Shown: positions 1 to 10,314 of the stretch, one piece after another
Layout of the letters: every line of letters begins with the position of its first letter
Numbering within the stretch: the first letter of the stretch is position 1
Source: Deltaproteobacteria bacterium
GTDB lineage: Bacteria; Desulfobacterota; Dissulfuribacteria; Dissulfuribacterales; QOAL01
Direction of reading: 5' to 3'
Assembly: GCA_027028245.1 (NCBI GenBank)
Contig: JALVJO010000038.1
Span: 17,545 to 81,544 of the forward strand
DNA: 64,000 bases
Notes under the pieces: model-generated
Told to the model about the DNA's origin: nothing
The model's database searches: none
The model's input: the letters and a program-made list of their open reading frames with translations, nothing else
Made by a program: the position numbers and the translations under genes

Positions 1-272
1 TTTTTCAGCCTCCGCACAAATTCTATGCCGTTCATTCCAGGCATATTGATATCCACGAAGACTACATCTATGTTCTCGATTCTTTCCAGCACGGAAAGGC
101 CTTCCAGGGCATTGGATGCATGGAAGACCTCACAGCCTTTCTGAAAATCAAGGTAGGATTCCAGTGTGGTCCTGATGGCCTCGTCATCATCCACCACCAG
201 GATCCGCCAGGGCCTGCCATTGAGCTTGCCGGGATTATGGCAGTCTGCTTGGGAAGGAATGGTGCAGGTCAT
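1..272 (-). CDS. Response regulator receiver-domain protein, runs off window edge
   Basis: Manual translation from ATG 272: ...WRILVVDDDEAIRTTL...IDVVFVDINMPGMNGIEFVRRLK. These are classic REC motifs. Confidence 0.85.
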   Translation of the reverse strand, partial: MTCTIPSQADCHNPGKLNGRPWRILVVDDDEAIRTTLESYLDFQKGCEVFHASNALEGLSVLERIENIDVVFVDINMPGMNGIEFVRRLK

Positions 273-284
273 CTCAGAAACAGG

Positions 285-944
285 CTATAATTTGCCGAAG
301 AGTTTTTCTTTCAGGAATTTGAATTCTTCAGATGTTAGAGCACCCTGGTTCTTCAGCCTGGCCAATCGTTCCAGCTCGTCTATGGCAGCCTCTTTCTTAA
401 TGCCTGCCTCAAAATAATTTGGGGGAAACCAGTCCGGGCCGAAAAGGGTCTTCTGGTCAGGATAATTTGGAACTGCTCTGCTGGAATCCTTTTCTTCATC
501 GGGGATGCTACACATCTTTTTGATATGATCAAGCAGAAGCTCATTTTCCCTTCTGAGCAGTATCTTTTCGCAGGCATTGTCCACGCTTATCTTGAGCTCC
601 TCAAGGCGGAATGGTTTTCGAAGGTAGTCATAAGCCCCCTCCTTGACAGCACTGATAGCAGTTTCCAGGGAAGCATAACCGGTTATTATGATGACCATGA
701 TATCGGGATACAATTTCTTGGCCTCGTGGAGCACCTCCATGCCGTCTACTTCAGGCATCATGAGGTCTGTTATCAGGAGATCAAATCTCTTTTCCCTGAG
801 CCTGTTGACAGCTTCCAGGCCGTCGTTGACCAGGGTTATATTTCTATCCTCCTGGTCCAGGAGTTCTGTTAAAAGATCACCGATATTTCTTTCATCTTCG
901 GCGATAAGTATATTCAAAAGGTGATTATTTTCCTTGGAAGGCAT
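285..944 (-). CDS. Response regulator (REC) with short SHOCT-like C-terminal tail
   Basis: ILIAEDE, LLITDLMMP, IIITGY and YLRKPF motifs. The C-terminus ELERLARLKNQGALTSEEFKFLKEKL resembles SHOCT. Confidence 0.9.
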   Translation of the reverse strand: MPSKENNHLLNILIAEDERNIGDLLTELLDQEDRNITLVNDGLEAVNRLREKRFDLLITDLMMPEVDGMEVLHEAKKLYPDIMVIIITGYASLETAISAVKEGAYDYLRKPFRLEELKISVDNACEKILLRRENELLLDHIKKMCSIPDEEKDSSRAVPNYPDQKTLFGPDWFPPNYFEAGIKKEAAIDELERLARLKNQGALTSEEFKFLKEKLFGKL

Positions 945-1040
945 ATCGAGTTGTGATTACCTGCTTGTTAAATTAGTGCCCGGTGCTTAGTTTCAAAGGG
1001 ATCGCTATCTCTAAAACACATTTTTTTATTTATCGGATTT

Positions 1041-2771
1041 ATGGAAAATAACTTAATAAAACAGGATATTCACGCCTTTTTTGAAATGGCGCCCAGGGCA
1101 AGGGAAAAAAGGTTAAACAGCCTTGCCCTGGAGGAGCAGCTTACACTTGTTCTCCTGTCTCCCTGGGAAAAGCGCAATGAAATCATCATCTCATCCCGCC
1201 GGGCAGGAGAACTTGTTCAGGCCATACCGGCAGAAGAATTGTTCTGGACCGTGAAGGCAGCAGGCCCGGAGGATTCTGCTACCATTTTAACCCTGGCCTC
1301 TCCGGCACAGCTGCAGTTGTTTTTTGACCTGGACTGGTGGTTTAAGGCAGAAATCAAGGCGGAAAAAGTAGCCGCATGGCTGCTTCTCATGTTTGAATGC
1401 GCCAGACCTGCCCTCAAAGAGTGGCTCAAGTGGGTCATGCAAAAAGATGTCTGGCTTATGGCCGCTGCCTTTTCAAGATTTGTTTCCGTTGTAAAACGGC
1501 CTGATGATATGGACATCCAGGAAGCCAAGGACTTACTGCCGCCATTTACCATTGATAACGTCTATTATCTTGCCTTTAAAAACCAGAAGCTTGCACCTCT
1601 TTTTTCATCCCTCATCGGAACCATGCTTGAGATTTCACCGGCCTTGTACCGGGACCTTTTTGAAACCATGCTGGGAGAAACTCCCAGCCATAACCTGGAA
1701 ACAGCTTACAGGTTCAGGTGCGGCAGGCTTCAGGATTTTGGTATCCCTGACTATTATGATTCCCTGAACATATACCTGCCCATGAAACCAGAGGAAATGC
1801 ACAGGATCAGCCCGGAACATTTCCGCCAGCTTCCCACCCATGACGAGATGCCTGCCTTTGTCCCAACCCTTTACGTAAGCGGTTTCCCTGTGCTGGAAAA
1901 GGCCGTCAGGGTACTGGCTGGAGACCGGGTGATGGAACGGATCGTACGGGAGATTACGGGAATTGCAAACAAGGTCATGATGGCCGACCTCATCGATCTT
2001 GACGATCCGGAAGACCTGAAGGATGCCCTTGAGAAGACCTTCTCCATGCTGAATCTAGGCATGGAATACCTTGCAGGAAAGTGGTCTCTTCCACCTGAAG
2101 AAATACTGTCCTCCTGTTTCCTGGAAGAGATAGTCCGGGTAGGCTGCAGATTCCTGCTTTCCATCTCCACAGGGGCAGGTCAAATTGCGGCCAGGGATTC
2201 GGCAAGGTTTCTGCCCTATGAACTCAGGGAGCAGCTAAAGGCTGCATCCAGACGCCCTGCCATGCTGTTTGATGATATTTCCACCATTGAAATCCATATA
2301 AGTTCCCTTGATCAGCTGCATAAGTGCAGGCAAAGGATCAGGGATGCGGCCTTTTGGTGCGATTTTGCCGAGGGGCTTTCCCCTGCACTGCCGGAATGGG
2401 CTGAAGACGTAGAATGGAAGAAGACCAATTTCCTGGCCGTTGAGGAATTTACTGCAGAGGCGGCACTATCCACTGCTGCAGTAAATCTCGTGACCAGAGG
2501 AAGGTTTGAAGTGCGCGTTTTGAATGGCCGTGATCTTTCAAAATTCGCAGAAATCCTGGCAGGCGTCGGCGTGGAAAAAATTGTTGACGAAGCTGCATCA
2601 GCACTGAAACAGGTTGCGGCCCGCCGCGCTGATAATGAATATGATGAAGATTATCTTAAAACCACGATGCGAAGCTGCCTGGAAAAGACCGTCGAAGACA
2701 TGGAAATGCTTGATTCGGCTGAACGAGACAGTCTGCGTTTTTTAAAGGCTGTTTTGGTAGAAACAGATTAA
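1041..2771 (+). CDS. Conserved hypothetical protein, DUF6178-like
   Basis: 576-aa ORF. Motifs FDLDWW and AYRFRxGRLQDFGIPDY are recalled from the deltaproteobacterial DUF6178 family. Confidence 0.7.
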   Translation: MENNLIKQDIHAFFEMAPRAREKRLNSLALEEQLTLVLLSPWEKRNEIIISSRRAGELVQAIPAEELFWTVKAAGPEDSATILTLASPAQLQLFFDLDWWFKAEIKAEKVAAWLLLMFECARPALKEWLKWVMQKDVWLMAAAFSRFVSVVKRPDDMDIQEAKDLLPPFTIDNVYYLAFKNQKLAPLFSSLIGTMLEISPALYRDLFETMLGETPSHNLETAYRFRCGRLQDFGIPDYYDSLNIYLPMKPEEMHRISPEHFRQLPTHDEMPAFVPTLYVSGFPVLEKAVRVLAGDRVMERIVREITGIANKVMMADLIDLDDPEDLKDALEKTFSMLNLGMEYLAGKWSLPPEEILSSCFLEEIVRVGCRFLLSISTGAGQIAARDSARFLPYELREQLKAASRRPAMLFDDISTIEIHISSLDQLHKCRQRIRDAAFWCDFAEGLSPALPEWAEDVEWKKTNFLAVEEFTAEAALSTAAVNLVTRGRFEVRVLNGRDLSKFAEILAGVGVEKIVDEAASALKQVAARRADNEYDEDYLKTTMRSCLEKTVEDMEMLDSAERDSLRFLKAVLVETD

Positions 2772-3036
2772 CCCGGATTATGCACTTCAAACGCCGAACA
2801 AAATGATTTCCTTTATAATTTCAGCAGATTATCGTTAATATAATGCCCGAAAATATTCACCTAAAAGGTGACAGGTTCCAACAGCAAAAACGTTCGGCAT
2901 TTGAAGCCGCAAGGGGCTCGCAATTTCGCCGAATTTGTCCCGCGGTGCCGCGGGATCGGACACTTGAAGTACCATAGTACGTCTACATGCCCTCCGCCTT
3001 GCACCTTCGGCAAACTTACGAGCTGCATAATCCGGG
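2772..3036. mobile_element. MITE copy 1 (complete, 265 bp)
   Basis: Perfect 13-bp TIR CCCGGATTATGCA...TGCATAATCCGGG, flanked by 5-bp direct repeat ATTAA (2767-2771 and 3037-3041). Internal palindrome TCCCGCGG-tg-CCGCGGGA at 2938-2955. Confidence 0.92.
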
Positions 3037-3070
3037 ATTAACAACACTGGAACTGCAGCCATGAAGATAC

Positions 3071-3949
3071 TCAGGCCCTTTTCCCCTTGACTGCCACTCT
3101 TACCACCAATGAACCGTAAAAGAGAAGGCTTGAAACCAGCACTATCACTGCCCCGCTGGGCACAGGCAGCAGCCCGGAAAGGAGAAGTCCCACAGTGGTG
3201 CTGATGGTCGACAGCATGATGCTTATCCAGACAAACTGCCTGAGATTACAGGCCAGATTTTGAGCCGCTGCGGCAGGAACTACAATAAGAACAAGCACCA
3301 GCAATGCGCCTATGAGTTTCAGGCTTGCAACCACGATGGTGGTCATCAGGGCAACGAATACGTATTCCAGAAACACGGGATTCAGCCCCCTGGACCGTGA
3401 AAGCACGGGGTTGAAACTGCTGAGCATGACCCGGTTGTAGGTGATTGTGAAAATTATGCCGGCTGACAGGGCTGCTGCAAATAAGGTTATGAGGTCCATA
3501 TCGTTCAGTGTTATGAGACTGCCAAAGAGGATGGCCTCAACCTGATGGATGTTGAACTGGCTTGTTACAAGAATCATCAATATTATGCCTATTCCAAGGA
3601 CCTGGGCCAGCACAACTCCGATAATGGTGTCGTTGGACAGCCTTGATCGATTCTTGATAAAGGTCATTATAAGGGCAACTATGAGGCAGAATCCATAGAG
3701 ACCTGCATAGGTGCCGTCAACCGGTTCACCCAGGAGTAGTCCTATTGCCACTCCGGACATGGCTGCATTGCCTATGGTCTGTGTGAAAAAGGCAAGCTTC
3801 TTTGTTATAACCACAGTACCCATGGCCCCCAGGAGGGGACCTATAAGCATTGCTGCCAGAAATCCGCGGATCATGAAGGTATGCTGAAATATGGAAGGAA
3901 GCCAGCCGGCCTGGGCACAGTTTCCTATGATATCATAAAGAAGCTCCAT
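3071..3949 (-). CDS. Metal (Zn/Mn) ABC transporter permease, ZnuB/ABC-3 family
   Basis: Hydrophobic; LFGSL and GALLVLVLIVVPAAAA motifs. Start chosen at ATG 3949 after GAGGG. Confidence 0.9.
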   Translation of the reverse strand: MELLYDIIGNCAQAGWLPSIFQHTFMIRGFLAAMLIGPLLGAMGTVVITKKLAFFTQTIGNAAMSGVAIGLLLGEPVDGTYAGLYGFCLIVALIMTFIKNRSRLSNDTIIGVVLAQVLGIGIILMILVTSQFNIHQVEAILFGSLITLNDMDLITLFAAALSAGIIFTITYNRVMLSSFNPVLSRSRGLNPVFLEYVFVALMTTIVVASLKLIGALLVLVLIVVPAAAAQNLACNLRQFVWISIMLSTISTTVGLLLSGLLPVPSGAVIVLVSSLLFYGSLVVRVAVKGKRA

Positions 3950-3957
3950 AACGGCCC

Positions 3958-4719
3958 TCAGCCTTCGGCTTTGCAAGAAGCAAATAAATCCGGAAACCCC
4001 AAGCCAAAAATCTCTGCCAGCCTGGCCGGATTTTGAAGAATATCAGGCTTTCCATCAAAGACAACTCTGCGGTTTACAGCAGTTACATGGTCTGCAAGGG
4101 CGAGAATTCGCCGGATGTCGTGGCCTACCATCAAGATGGAAAGTCCGTGGCGCTTCTGTAGTTTTTTCAGCAGTTGTTCAAACTGGCTGGTGCTGACCTC
4201 ATCCATGTTGCTTGCGGGTTCGTCAAGCAGCAGAAGCTCTGGAATGGGAAAAAGGGCCTGGGCCAGGAGTACCCGCCTGAATTCACCACCTGAAAGGCCT
4301 CCCATCATGCGGTCTTTGAGATGAAGACACTCTGTTACCGAGATGATCTCCTCGACCTTTTCCATGTTCCTTTTTCTGCCTGCAAGAAACAGGGGGTAAT
4401 CCTGGAGCAAGAGCTTGATGAAGTCAGATACGGTCAATGGGATAGAATGATCGAAATCCAGAAATTGGGGTACGTATCCAATCCTGCCATTACCCGTAAA
4501 TCGAAACATGATGGTACCCCTGTGGGGCATCTGTCCCAGGATGCTTCGGATAAGAGTGGTCTTCCCTGCGCCGTTGGGACCAATCAGGGCATGAATGGAT
4601 CCCCGTGCCACTTTGAAACTTATATTTTCAAGTATGCTATTTCTGCCCAGGGATACGCTCAAGCCCGCAATTTCCAACAGGGCGTCCGCTTCAGGAAAAC
4701 AGACGGCATTATCAGGCAT
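3958..4719 (-). CDS. Metal ABC transporter ATP-binding protein, ZnuC-like
   Basis: Walker A GPNGAGKTT, IGYVPQ, LSGGE signature, LLLLDEP. Confidence 0.93.
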   Translation of the reverse strand: MPDNAVCFPEADALLEIAGLSVSLGRNSILENISFKVARGSIHALIGPNGAGKTTLIRSILGQMPHRGTIMFRFTGNGRIGYVPQFLDFDHSIPLTVSDFIKLLLQDYPLFLAGRKRNMEKVEEIISVTECLHLKDRMMGGLSGGEFRRVLLAQALFPIPELLLLDEPASNMDEVSTSQFEQLLKKLQKRHGLSILMVGHDIRRILALADHVTAVNRRVVFDGKPDILQNPARLAEIFGLGFPDLFASCKAEG

Positions 4720-5662
4720 GTTGGGAACGTGAGGTCTGCCTTAGTGCCATCACTATGGTATCCAGGTTTTTTTTCATGCATTTTTCGAAAAAATCAGCCG
4801 AGTAAGGGCCGTTTGAAATGTGTGAAAGGCTGTAAATCCGGCAGCCGGTTTCCTTGTATATGATATCTACGTATCTTTTCCTGTAATCAAGTTCTGCAAA
4901 CAGTATATTTACTCCGGCCCTTTTGATCCTTCGGATCGTGTCTTCCAGCTGTCTTGGAGTAGGTTCAATACCGTGCCGGGGCTGGACTACTGCCGCAACC
5001 TCTATGCCCAGTTCCTGAAAAAGATATGCATAACCGTCGTGAACTGTGGCAATCTTGAGGCCTGTTGTATCCACGTTTTCCAGTTCCTGGAGGGCATGGG
5101 AAAGCATTTTTCTCAGTCGCCTGGCATATGCCCTGCTGTTTTTTCTGAAAAACTGGGCTTCTCCAGGACAAAGTTCAGAAAGTTTTCGGGTAATGGTGTG
5201 AATCTGCTGTATGGCACCAGTGATGGATATGTAGGTATGGCTGTTATAGGCAACCTTGTTATTTGCAGCATCCTTTTCAAAGGCAAATACGTGCCGTTCC
5301 ACAGGTATCAGGGGCAGGCCCTTACTGGTATCGATGATTACCAAGTCTTTTTTGTTTACGGCCTTCAACATGGGTTTTATGAATTCGTCATGGCCCAGGT
5401 TGTTGATTACAAGAACATCTATGTTGTTCAAGACAGCCATGTCCTTGGCCGTTGGCTGATAACTGTGTGGGTCGGTATTTGGAGGAATAATGGGTATAAC
5501 TTCTGCTTTGTCGCCAACGATGTTCTTAACCCAGGAATAATAGGGATGAAGTGTTACACCTATTTTAAGACCGCATTTATTCTGCGGCCCGGCAGCCAGG
5601 CCATTTGAAGATGAAAAAACCACCAAGAGGACAAGACAGCACATTTTCAGTAATGATTTCAT
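4712..5662 (-). CDS. Metal ABC transporter substrate-binding protein, ZnuA/TroA family
   Basis: Signal peptide; DPHSYQP, NSHTY, HDGYAY and HGIEP metal-ligand motifs. Confidence 0.92.
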   Translation of the reverse strand: MKSLLKMCCLVLLVVFSSSNGLAAGPQNKCGLKIGVTLHPYYSWVKNIVGDKAEVIPIIPPNTDPHSYQPTAKDMAVLNNIDVLVINNLGHDEFIKPMLKAVNKKDLVIIDTSKGLPLIPVERHVFAFEKDAANNKVAYNSHTYISITGAIQQIHTITRKLSELCPGEAQFFRKNSRAYARRLRKMLSHALQELENVDTTGLKIATVHDGYAYLFQELGIEVAAVVQPRHGIEPTPRQLEDTIRRIKRAGVNILFAELDYRKRYVDIIYKETGCRIYSLSHISNGPYSADFFEKCMKKNLDTIVMALRQTSRSQHA

Positions 5663-5676
5663 TGTACACCTCTTTT

Positions 5677-6378
5677 TTACTTCAGCGCAGTTTCAGCCGT
5701 TTTTCCAGGTGATTCCACGACATTTCTGTTCTTTCCATCGGCAATATCCGAGGCACTCAATATCCATTTCCACCCGGTGGCAACCAGGTTGCCGGCCGGC
5801 GGATAGTTTCTGGGGCCTGGATAGATCCAGACCTGCGTTGTAAATCGTTCCTTCTGATCTTTTTTGTTTACAGAAACGGGATAGGGATGGCCCGGGTTCT
5901 GCAGGTCAATAATACGGAGAATAAAACTGTCTTGCAGGGGGTCGGATACCTTCTTGGCAGTCCCGTCTGTTTGCTTGTTGATACCAAAATAATCCACTCT
6001 TCCCGGCCCGATGTACCTGGACCATACATAGCCCTTTAGTCCACTGGGGAGAAATTCTTTGGAAAAGGGTGGAAGTTCTTCCTGTTGAAGCTCTGTCACG
6101 TCGGGCCAGATTCCTTCCTGCTGATATATGTCAAGTATATCGGATGCAACGCTGCATAATGCCCTGTACATGGCAGGTGCCTGGTTCTTGAGAAAAAGGT
6201 CCTTTTGCTGAAAGGGCTGCAGGGCAGACCTTCTGCCCTCGGCCTTGTTCACTGCATAAAATCGAAGGCCCATGAGTGCAATTACAACACCTATTGCAGC
6301 CAGTAGAAAAAATGCCTCTTTCTTGGCAGAAAGAGGATTTACATACACGAGTCTCAGAGATTTTTCGGTTTCCATCAT
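5677..6378 (-). CDS. Membrane-anchored hypothetical protein (DUF6162-like) associated with metal ABC cluster
   Basis: N-terminal TM helix, WPxVxEL...LPPF motif, and position directly upstream of the SBP. Confidence 0.55.
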   Translation of the reverse strand: MMETEKSLRLVYVNPLSAKKEAFFLLAAIGVVIALMGLRFYAVNKAEGRRSALQPFQQKDLFLKNQAPAMYRALCSVASDILDIYQQEGIWPDVTELQQEELPPFSKEFLPSGLKGYVWSRYIGPGRVDYFGINKQTDGTAKKVSDPLQDSFILRIIDLQNPGHPYPVSVNKKDQKERFTTQVWIYPGPRNYPPAGNLVATGWKWILSASDIADGKNRNVVESPGKTAETALK

Positions 6379-6456
6379 GCAATCAGGAATAAAAGGGAAA
6401 CCCGGAAAACCTGAAGGGCCTTAAGTTGCGGTCTATATCTTGTATTAAGGAAGTAG

Positions 6457-7221
6457 CTACTTTTCAAAATGAACCCAGATGACTGCACCAAGTTCCACTT
6501 CCTTGTCCTTACCCTCGTGTTTCATGGGTGTCTTGGAACTGGTCAGGGCAGCAAAACCCCACCAACCTGGCCGCGGCACCCCGTACGTAAAAACTCCATT
6601 GCTGTCAGCCTTAAGGGTCTGGGTCACCATGTATTCGTTAGGAGGGGTAAAGCTGCCGTCTTCGTTGTAGTATTCCACCTCCACCTCTGCAAAGGGCACG
6701 GGCTTGCCGTCCACCTTTACAATGCCCTGAAAGACATTTCCGGAATAAAGGCCGTAGGGCCTTGAAAGCGGAACTATCTCTGCCTTAAGGCCGACCTCCC
6801 TGTCCCATCCTTCATCCAGTCCGTAAGCCGATATGATTGTCTTGGTATAATGTATTATGAACTTGTCCTCGGCAGGCTCCCAATAGGGTTTAGGCTCCAT
6901 GAAAAAAATATACACTCCCGGACGCTTAACCTTGTATTCGGCAGTCCAAGCCTGGTGCCCTTTGATTTTTACCGGTCTGAGATCGTTCAACAGGTCCTGC
7001 TGCTTTTTATTGGCCAAGACGCCGAATCCTGCAGGTTTTTCGAGGGACATGGGCGTACCCTCCATTGGATGCCAGAATCTGATATCCAACTTGACAACAC
7101 TGTTTTCTCCCTGGCAGATCATGGAATCGGAAGGGATAATCATGCCGAAATGGGCGTATGCGCTGCTGGTGATAATAGGCATTATGATTAAGGCAAAAAA
7201 CAAAGTAGCCATGTACTTCAT
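6457..7221 (-). CDS. DUF4198 periplasmic Co/Ni/metal-uptake associated protein
   Basis: Signal peptide then AHFGMIIPS; EPKPYWEPAED and GWWGFAAL motifs. RBS AAAGGAGA lies upstream of ATG 7221, so the longer ORF start is unlikely. Confidence 0.85.
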   Translation of the reverse strand: MKYMATLFFALIIMPIITSSAYAHFGMIIPSDSMICQGENSVVKLDIRFWHPMEGTPMSLEKPAGFGVLANKKQQDLLNDLRPVKIKGHQAWTAEYKVKRPGVYIFFMEPKPYWEPAEDKFIIHYTKTIISAYGLDEGWDREVGLKAEIVPLSRPYGLYSGNVFQGIVKVDGKPVPFAEVEVEYYNEDGSFTPPNEYMVTQTLKADSNGVFTYGVPRPGWWGFAALTSSKTPMKHEGKDKEVELGAVIWVHFEK

Positions 7222-7396
7222 CGGACATTCTCCTTTCAGACCGGGCTCTGAGAAACATTCAAAAGTCAATAATACGTTCCTGAATTTTGTAACACAAATT
7301 TTATGAATATTTATAGCAAAACAAGACGGTATTGCAAGTGAATTTTTTACTGCTGTTCCCCCCGGCCTTGATCCAGCTTCCGGCCCAAGACATGAT

Positions 7397-7413
7397 CCCG
7401 GATCATGCACTCA
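7397..7413. repeat. Solo MITE-like terminus overlapping an 8-bp palindrome
   Basis: CCCGGATCATGCAC matches the MITE end CCCGGATTATGCAC at 13/14. CATGATCC-C-GGATCATG palindrome at 7391-7407. Confidence 0.45.
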
Positions 7414-10314
7414 GAACCCCTTGTAACCTATTTTGACTCCGTCTATAACGGCATTTCCGGCACTGTATGCCTTTTTGTCATCCAAGTCCGTGGAAGCAAA
7501 AACCGGGTCCCCCAATACGTCATGCGCTCCCTTGGAACAATCCAGATAATCCACCTGGTTATGCCAAAGCATGTTGAAATTGTTCTTAAGTACTGCGCTT
7601 CGCACCTGAAAATCCTCGGGCCCCAGATAATTGATGATCCCTCCGCCGCCGTTATTGGAAATGATGTTTTTTTCAATTACTACAGTGAAGTCCGCCGGTT
7701 GAGGATAGCCTATAACCAACCCGCCCGCCCGGAGTCTCTTGTTTTTTAAATTATTTGAGTCAATGGTATTGCCAGTAACAATTACCTTGCTCAGGTTAAA
7801 AGACGTGATATTGATCCCAATATGCTGGTTGCGGGCTATAAGGTTTCCATCAATGACAATGTTTCGGAACTTGTATGACTTGATGGTTGACAGCGGCCCC
7901 ACCACCACTCCATCGATATTGTTGTATATGCGGTTTGCAGCTATGGTAGGCGCAGATACCTCTCTTATGCCCACGCCGATACGGTTATCGTGGATGTTGT
8001 TGGCCTCTATTAATGGAGCTGCCTTTCCCCTGCATCCAATACCTACAACAGCATTGTCATAAACCTCGTTTCTGAAAATCCTGGCCTGGCTGTCCTTTCC
8101 GTTACCAATTCCAACCATGTTCTCATATACCAGGTTCCCATGAATTTTGGTTCTGCCGGTCATGGAAACAGGGCCGTGAACGCCTATGCCGTGATGGTTG
8201 CCGGTTATCCTGTTGTTGAAAATCTCCGGGGAAGAATCCCATATATTAATACCATGGCCCAGGGGGCCAGTGCCTCCGCCTGTAATTACAAAGCCCTCTA
8301 TTCTGCCTGCCCTGTCGCCCAAGTAAAAGATGTCTATGGTATTCCTGTTCCCTTCCGGCGACCCACCGTCTATAACAGGATAATCCTTTCCTATGAGGTT
8401 GATACTCTTATCTATTTTAATCAATTCATGATAATGACCCTTGCCGACCTCGATATTATCTCCGGGCTGGGCTGCATCTATTGCTGACTGTATGCTGGGA
8501 TAGTCCTCTGGCACCCGCCTGATACCATTGGAGCTGGTACTCCTGGTATTGATATATATTACTGCAGGCCTGCTGTCTGACTTGCCGTCGTTAACTATAA
8601 GCTGGACAGCATATCCTCCATCTGCATCTATCTGCAGGGAACAGTTTTTCTGGTTCGCCTCCTGGAGCTGCGCATTACTGGCGGACGGCCTGAATTTCAA
8701 CGTCCACTTATATGTAAGCTGGTCTCCGTCTGCGTCACTGCTTGGGCTTCCATAAACCGTGATGGTATCTCCAACTGAAACAGGAGAAATCAGCTCACCT
8801 ATTACTGCCTTGGGTGGATGATTGGAAGGAACAGTGATTTTGACGGTGTCAGGCTTGCTTGAAGCATTCCACCTGTCCGTTACCACGAGTGTCACAATAT
8901 ATATGCCGGGTTTTTTGACCCTCAAGGAGGCCCTGGGCCTGTCCTGGCCGGATAATCTTGCAGAGCCTGGTGAAGGAGCCTTTTTCAGCGTCCACCTGTA
9001 AGTCAGGGAATCTCCATCCGGGTCAATACTGCCGGAACCGTCAAGCACAATCCTTTTGCCGGGAAAGATTTTCATGTCTTTACCGGCATCTGCCACTGGA
9101 GGGTGATTTGGTCCTCTCTTTTCTGGCAAGGTACCTGGACCCCCGTATGCACCAATGTCGTTGACCTTGGTACCAAGGGAAGGGGGGAAATGGATGTCGT
9201 TATATTCCTCTTCCTTTGTCCCGCGATCAATGGCCGGGGAACCTGCTTTCAGGTGGAAATCATGTCCCTTTTCATCTGCAAAGAGCGGGTCGGCAATTAT
9301 ATTTTTGGTTACCTTGTAGCTTTTCTCATCTTCGTAGCCGCCGAACTGTGGCCTTACGCACCAGAGGTATTCCGGGCTGCAGGCACCAACACCCCCGTTG
9401 GCAAACAACAGATTATGAGAATAGCCTCTGCCGAAACTGCTTATGCCTGCATCTGTATTTCTGGCAAAAATGTTGTTTCTGATATCTGCCGTTACAGATG
9501 GATCTTCCATGAAAAAACCCGACTGGCCGTTTTCCACCACGGTGTTGTTGTATACCGAAAGGGGCACATGCCGTGCCCTGATACCCGATTTCTTGTTTCC
9601 GTAAATGATGTTGTTCCGGATAGAACCAGTTGCTTCCTGCGCATTGATACCAGAACGGTGGTTTTGATAGATTTGGTTGTTTTTTATATCGAGTACAGAT
9701 ATGGGTTTCTTGGTGCTGCTTATACCTGAATACTTGTTTCCATAGATACGATTTTGCGATACCAGGACGTCCGATGCCTTCTCTGCAAATACCCCTGCCT
9801 GTGCATTGTTGTAGATCAAATTGCCTATGATCCTTGCCTTGCTGGAACTGCAGTAGATTCCAGAGGGTTCATTGTCTCTAATCTTGTTTCCCTTGATGAC
9901 AGGAGAGGTCTTTTCACAGTAAATACCAGAGCCCATGGATTCATCTCCCTTAACCAGAAGAGAACCATGAACTACAGTAAAGTCTTCCAGGACTGCCGCA
10001 TCTGCTCCCATGACTGTAGGACCTTTCTCCCTTATTCCGTCTATAACCGTTTCAAAGCGATGGGCATCCTGCCTGGAAAAATCATTTTTCCATCCCCCCT
10101 GAACAGTTACACCGCTCTTGAGCCTGATATGCTCGAAATAGGTCCCCTGTGCCACAAGAACCGTATCTCCGGGAGATGAGGCATTAAGTGCTGCCTGAAT
10201 AGTTCCATATTGAGCCGGAACTTTCAAAACCTTGGCATCAGCAGAAAAAATTGGAAAAGAAACAAGAAAACAAATGATTGCGGCCAGTATTAATAATGGA
10301 AATCTGTTTATCAC
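7411..10314 (-). CDS. Secreted protein: parallel beta-helix / two PKD-like Ig domains / second beta-helix
   Basis: Signal peptide. VPxQYxTIQxA..A..PGD caps appear twice, with many IxxNxIYxNxxSGI repeats and PPVADAG..LDGSGSxDPDGDxLTYxW PKD motifs. Confidence 0.85.
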   Translation of the reverse strand: MINRFPLLILAAIICFLVSFPIFSADAKVLKVPAQYGTIQAALNASSPGDTVLVAQGTYFEHIRLKSGVTVQGGWKNDFSRQDAHRFETVIDGIREKGPTVMGADAAVLEDFTVVHGSLLVKGDESMGSGIYCEKTSPVIKGNKIRDNEPSGIYCSSSKARIIGNLIYNNAQAGVFAEKASDVLVSQNRIYGNKYSGISSTKKPISVLDIKNNQIYQNHRSGINAQEATGSIRNNIIYGNKKSGIRARHVPLSVYNNTVVENGQSGFFMEDPSVTADIRNNIFARNTDAGISSFGRGYSHNLLFANGGVGACSPEYLWCVRPQFGGYEDEKSYKVTKNIIADPLFADEKGHDFHLKAGSPAIDRGTKEEEYNDIHFPPSLGTKVNDIGAYGGPGTLPEKRGPNHPPVADAGKDMKIFPGKRIVLDGSGSIDPDGDSLTYRWTLKKAPSPGSARLSGQDRPRASLRVKKPGIYIVTLVVTDRWNASSKPDTVKITVPSNHPPKAVIGELISPVSVGDTITVYGSPSSDADGDQLTYKWTLKFRPSASNAQLQEANQKNCSLQIDADGGYAVQLIVNDGKSDSRPAVIYINTRSTSSNGIRRVPEDYPSIQSAIDAAQPGDNIEVGKGHYHELIKIDKSINLIGKDYPVIDGGSPEGNRNTIDIFYLGDRAGRIEGFVITGGGTGPLGHGINIWDSSPEIFNNRITGNHHGIGVHGPVSMTGRTKIHGNLVYENMVGIGNGKDSQARIFRNEVYDNAVVGIGCRGKAAPLIEANNIHDNRIGVGIREVSAPTIAANRIYNNIDGVVVGPLSTIKSYKFRNIVIDGNLIARNQHIGINITSFNLSKVIVTGNTIDSNNLKNKRLRAGGLVIGYPQPADFTVVIEKNIISNNGGGGIINYLGPEDFQVRSAVLKNNFNMLWHNQVDYLDCSKGAHDVLGDPVFASTDLDDKKAYSAGNAVIDGVKIGYKGF

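Noticed and set aside
7270-7310. Metal-regulator operator upstream of DUF4198 (AATTTTGTAACACAAATT)
   Set aside because: Only an imperfect AT-rich dyad or half-site, not assignable to Zur, Fur or NikR.
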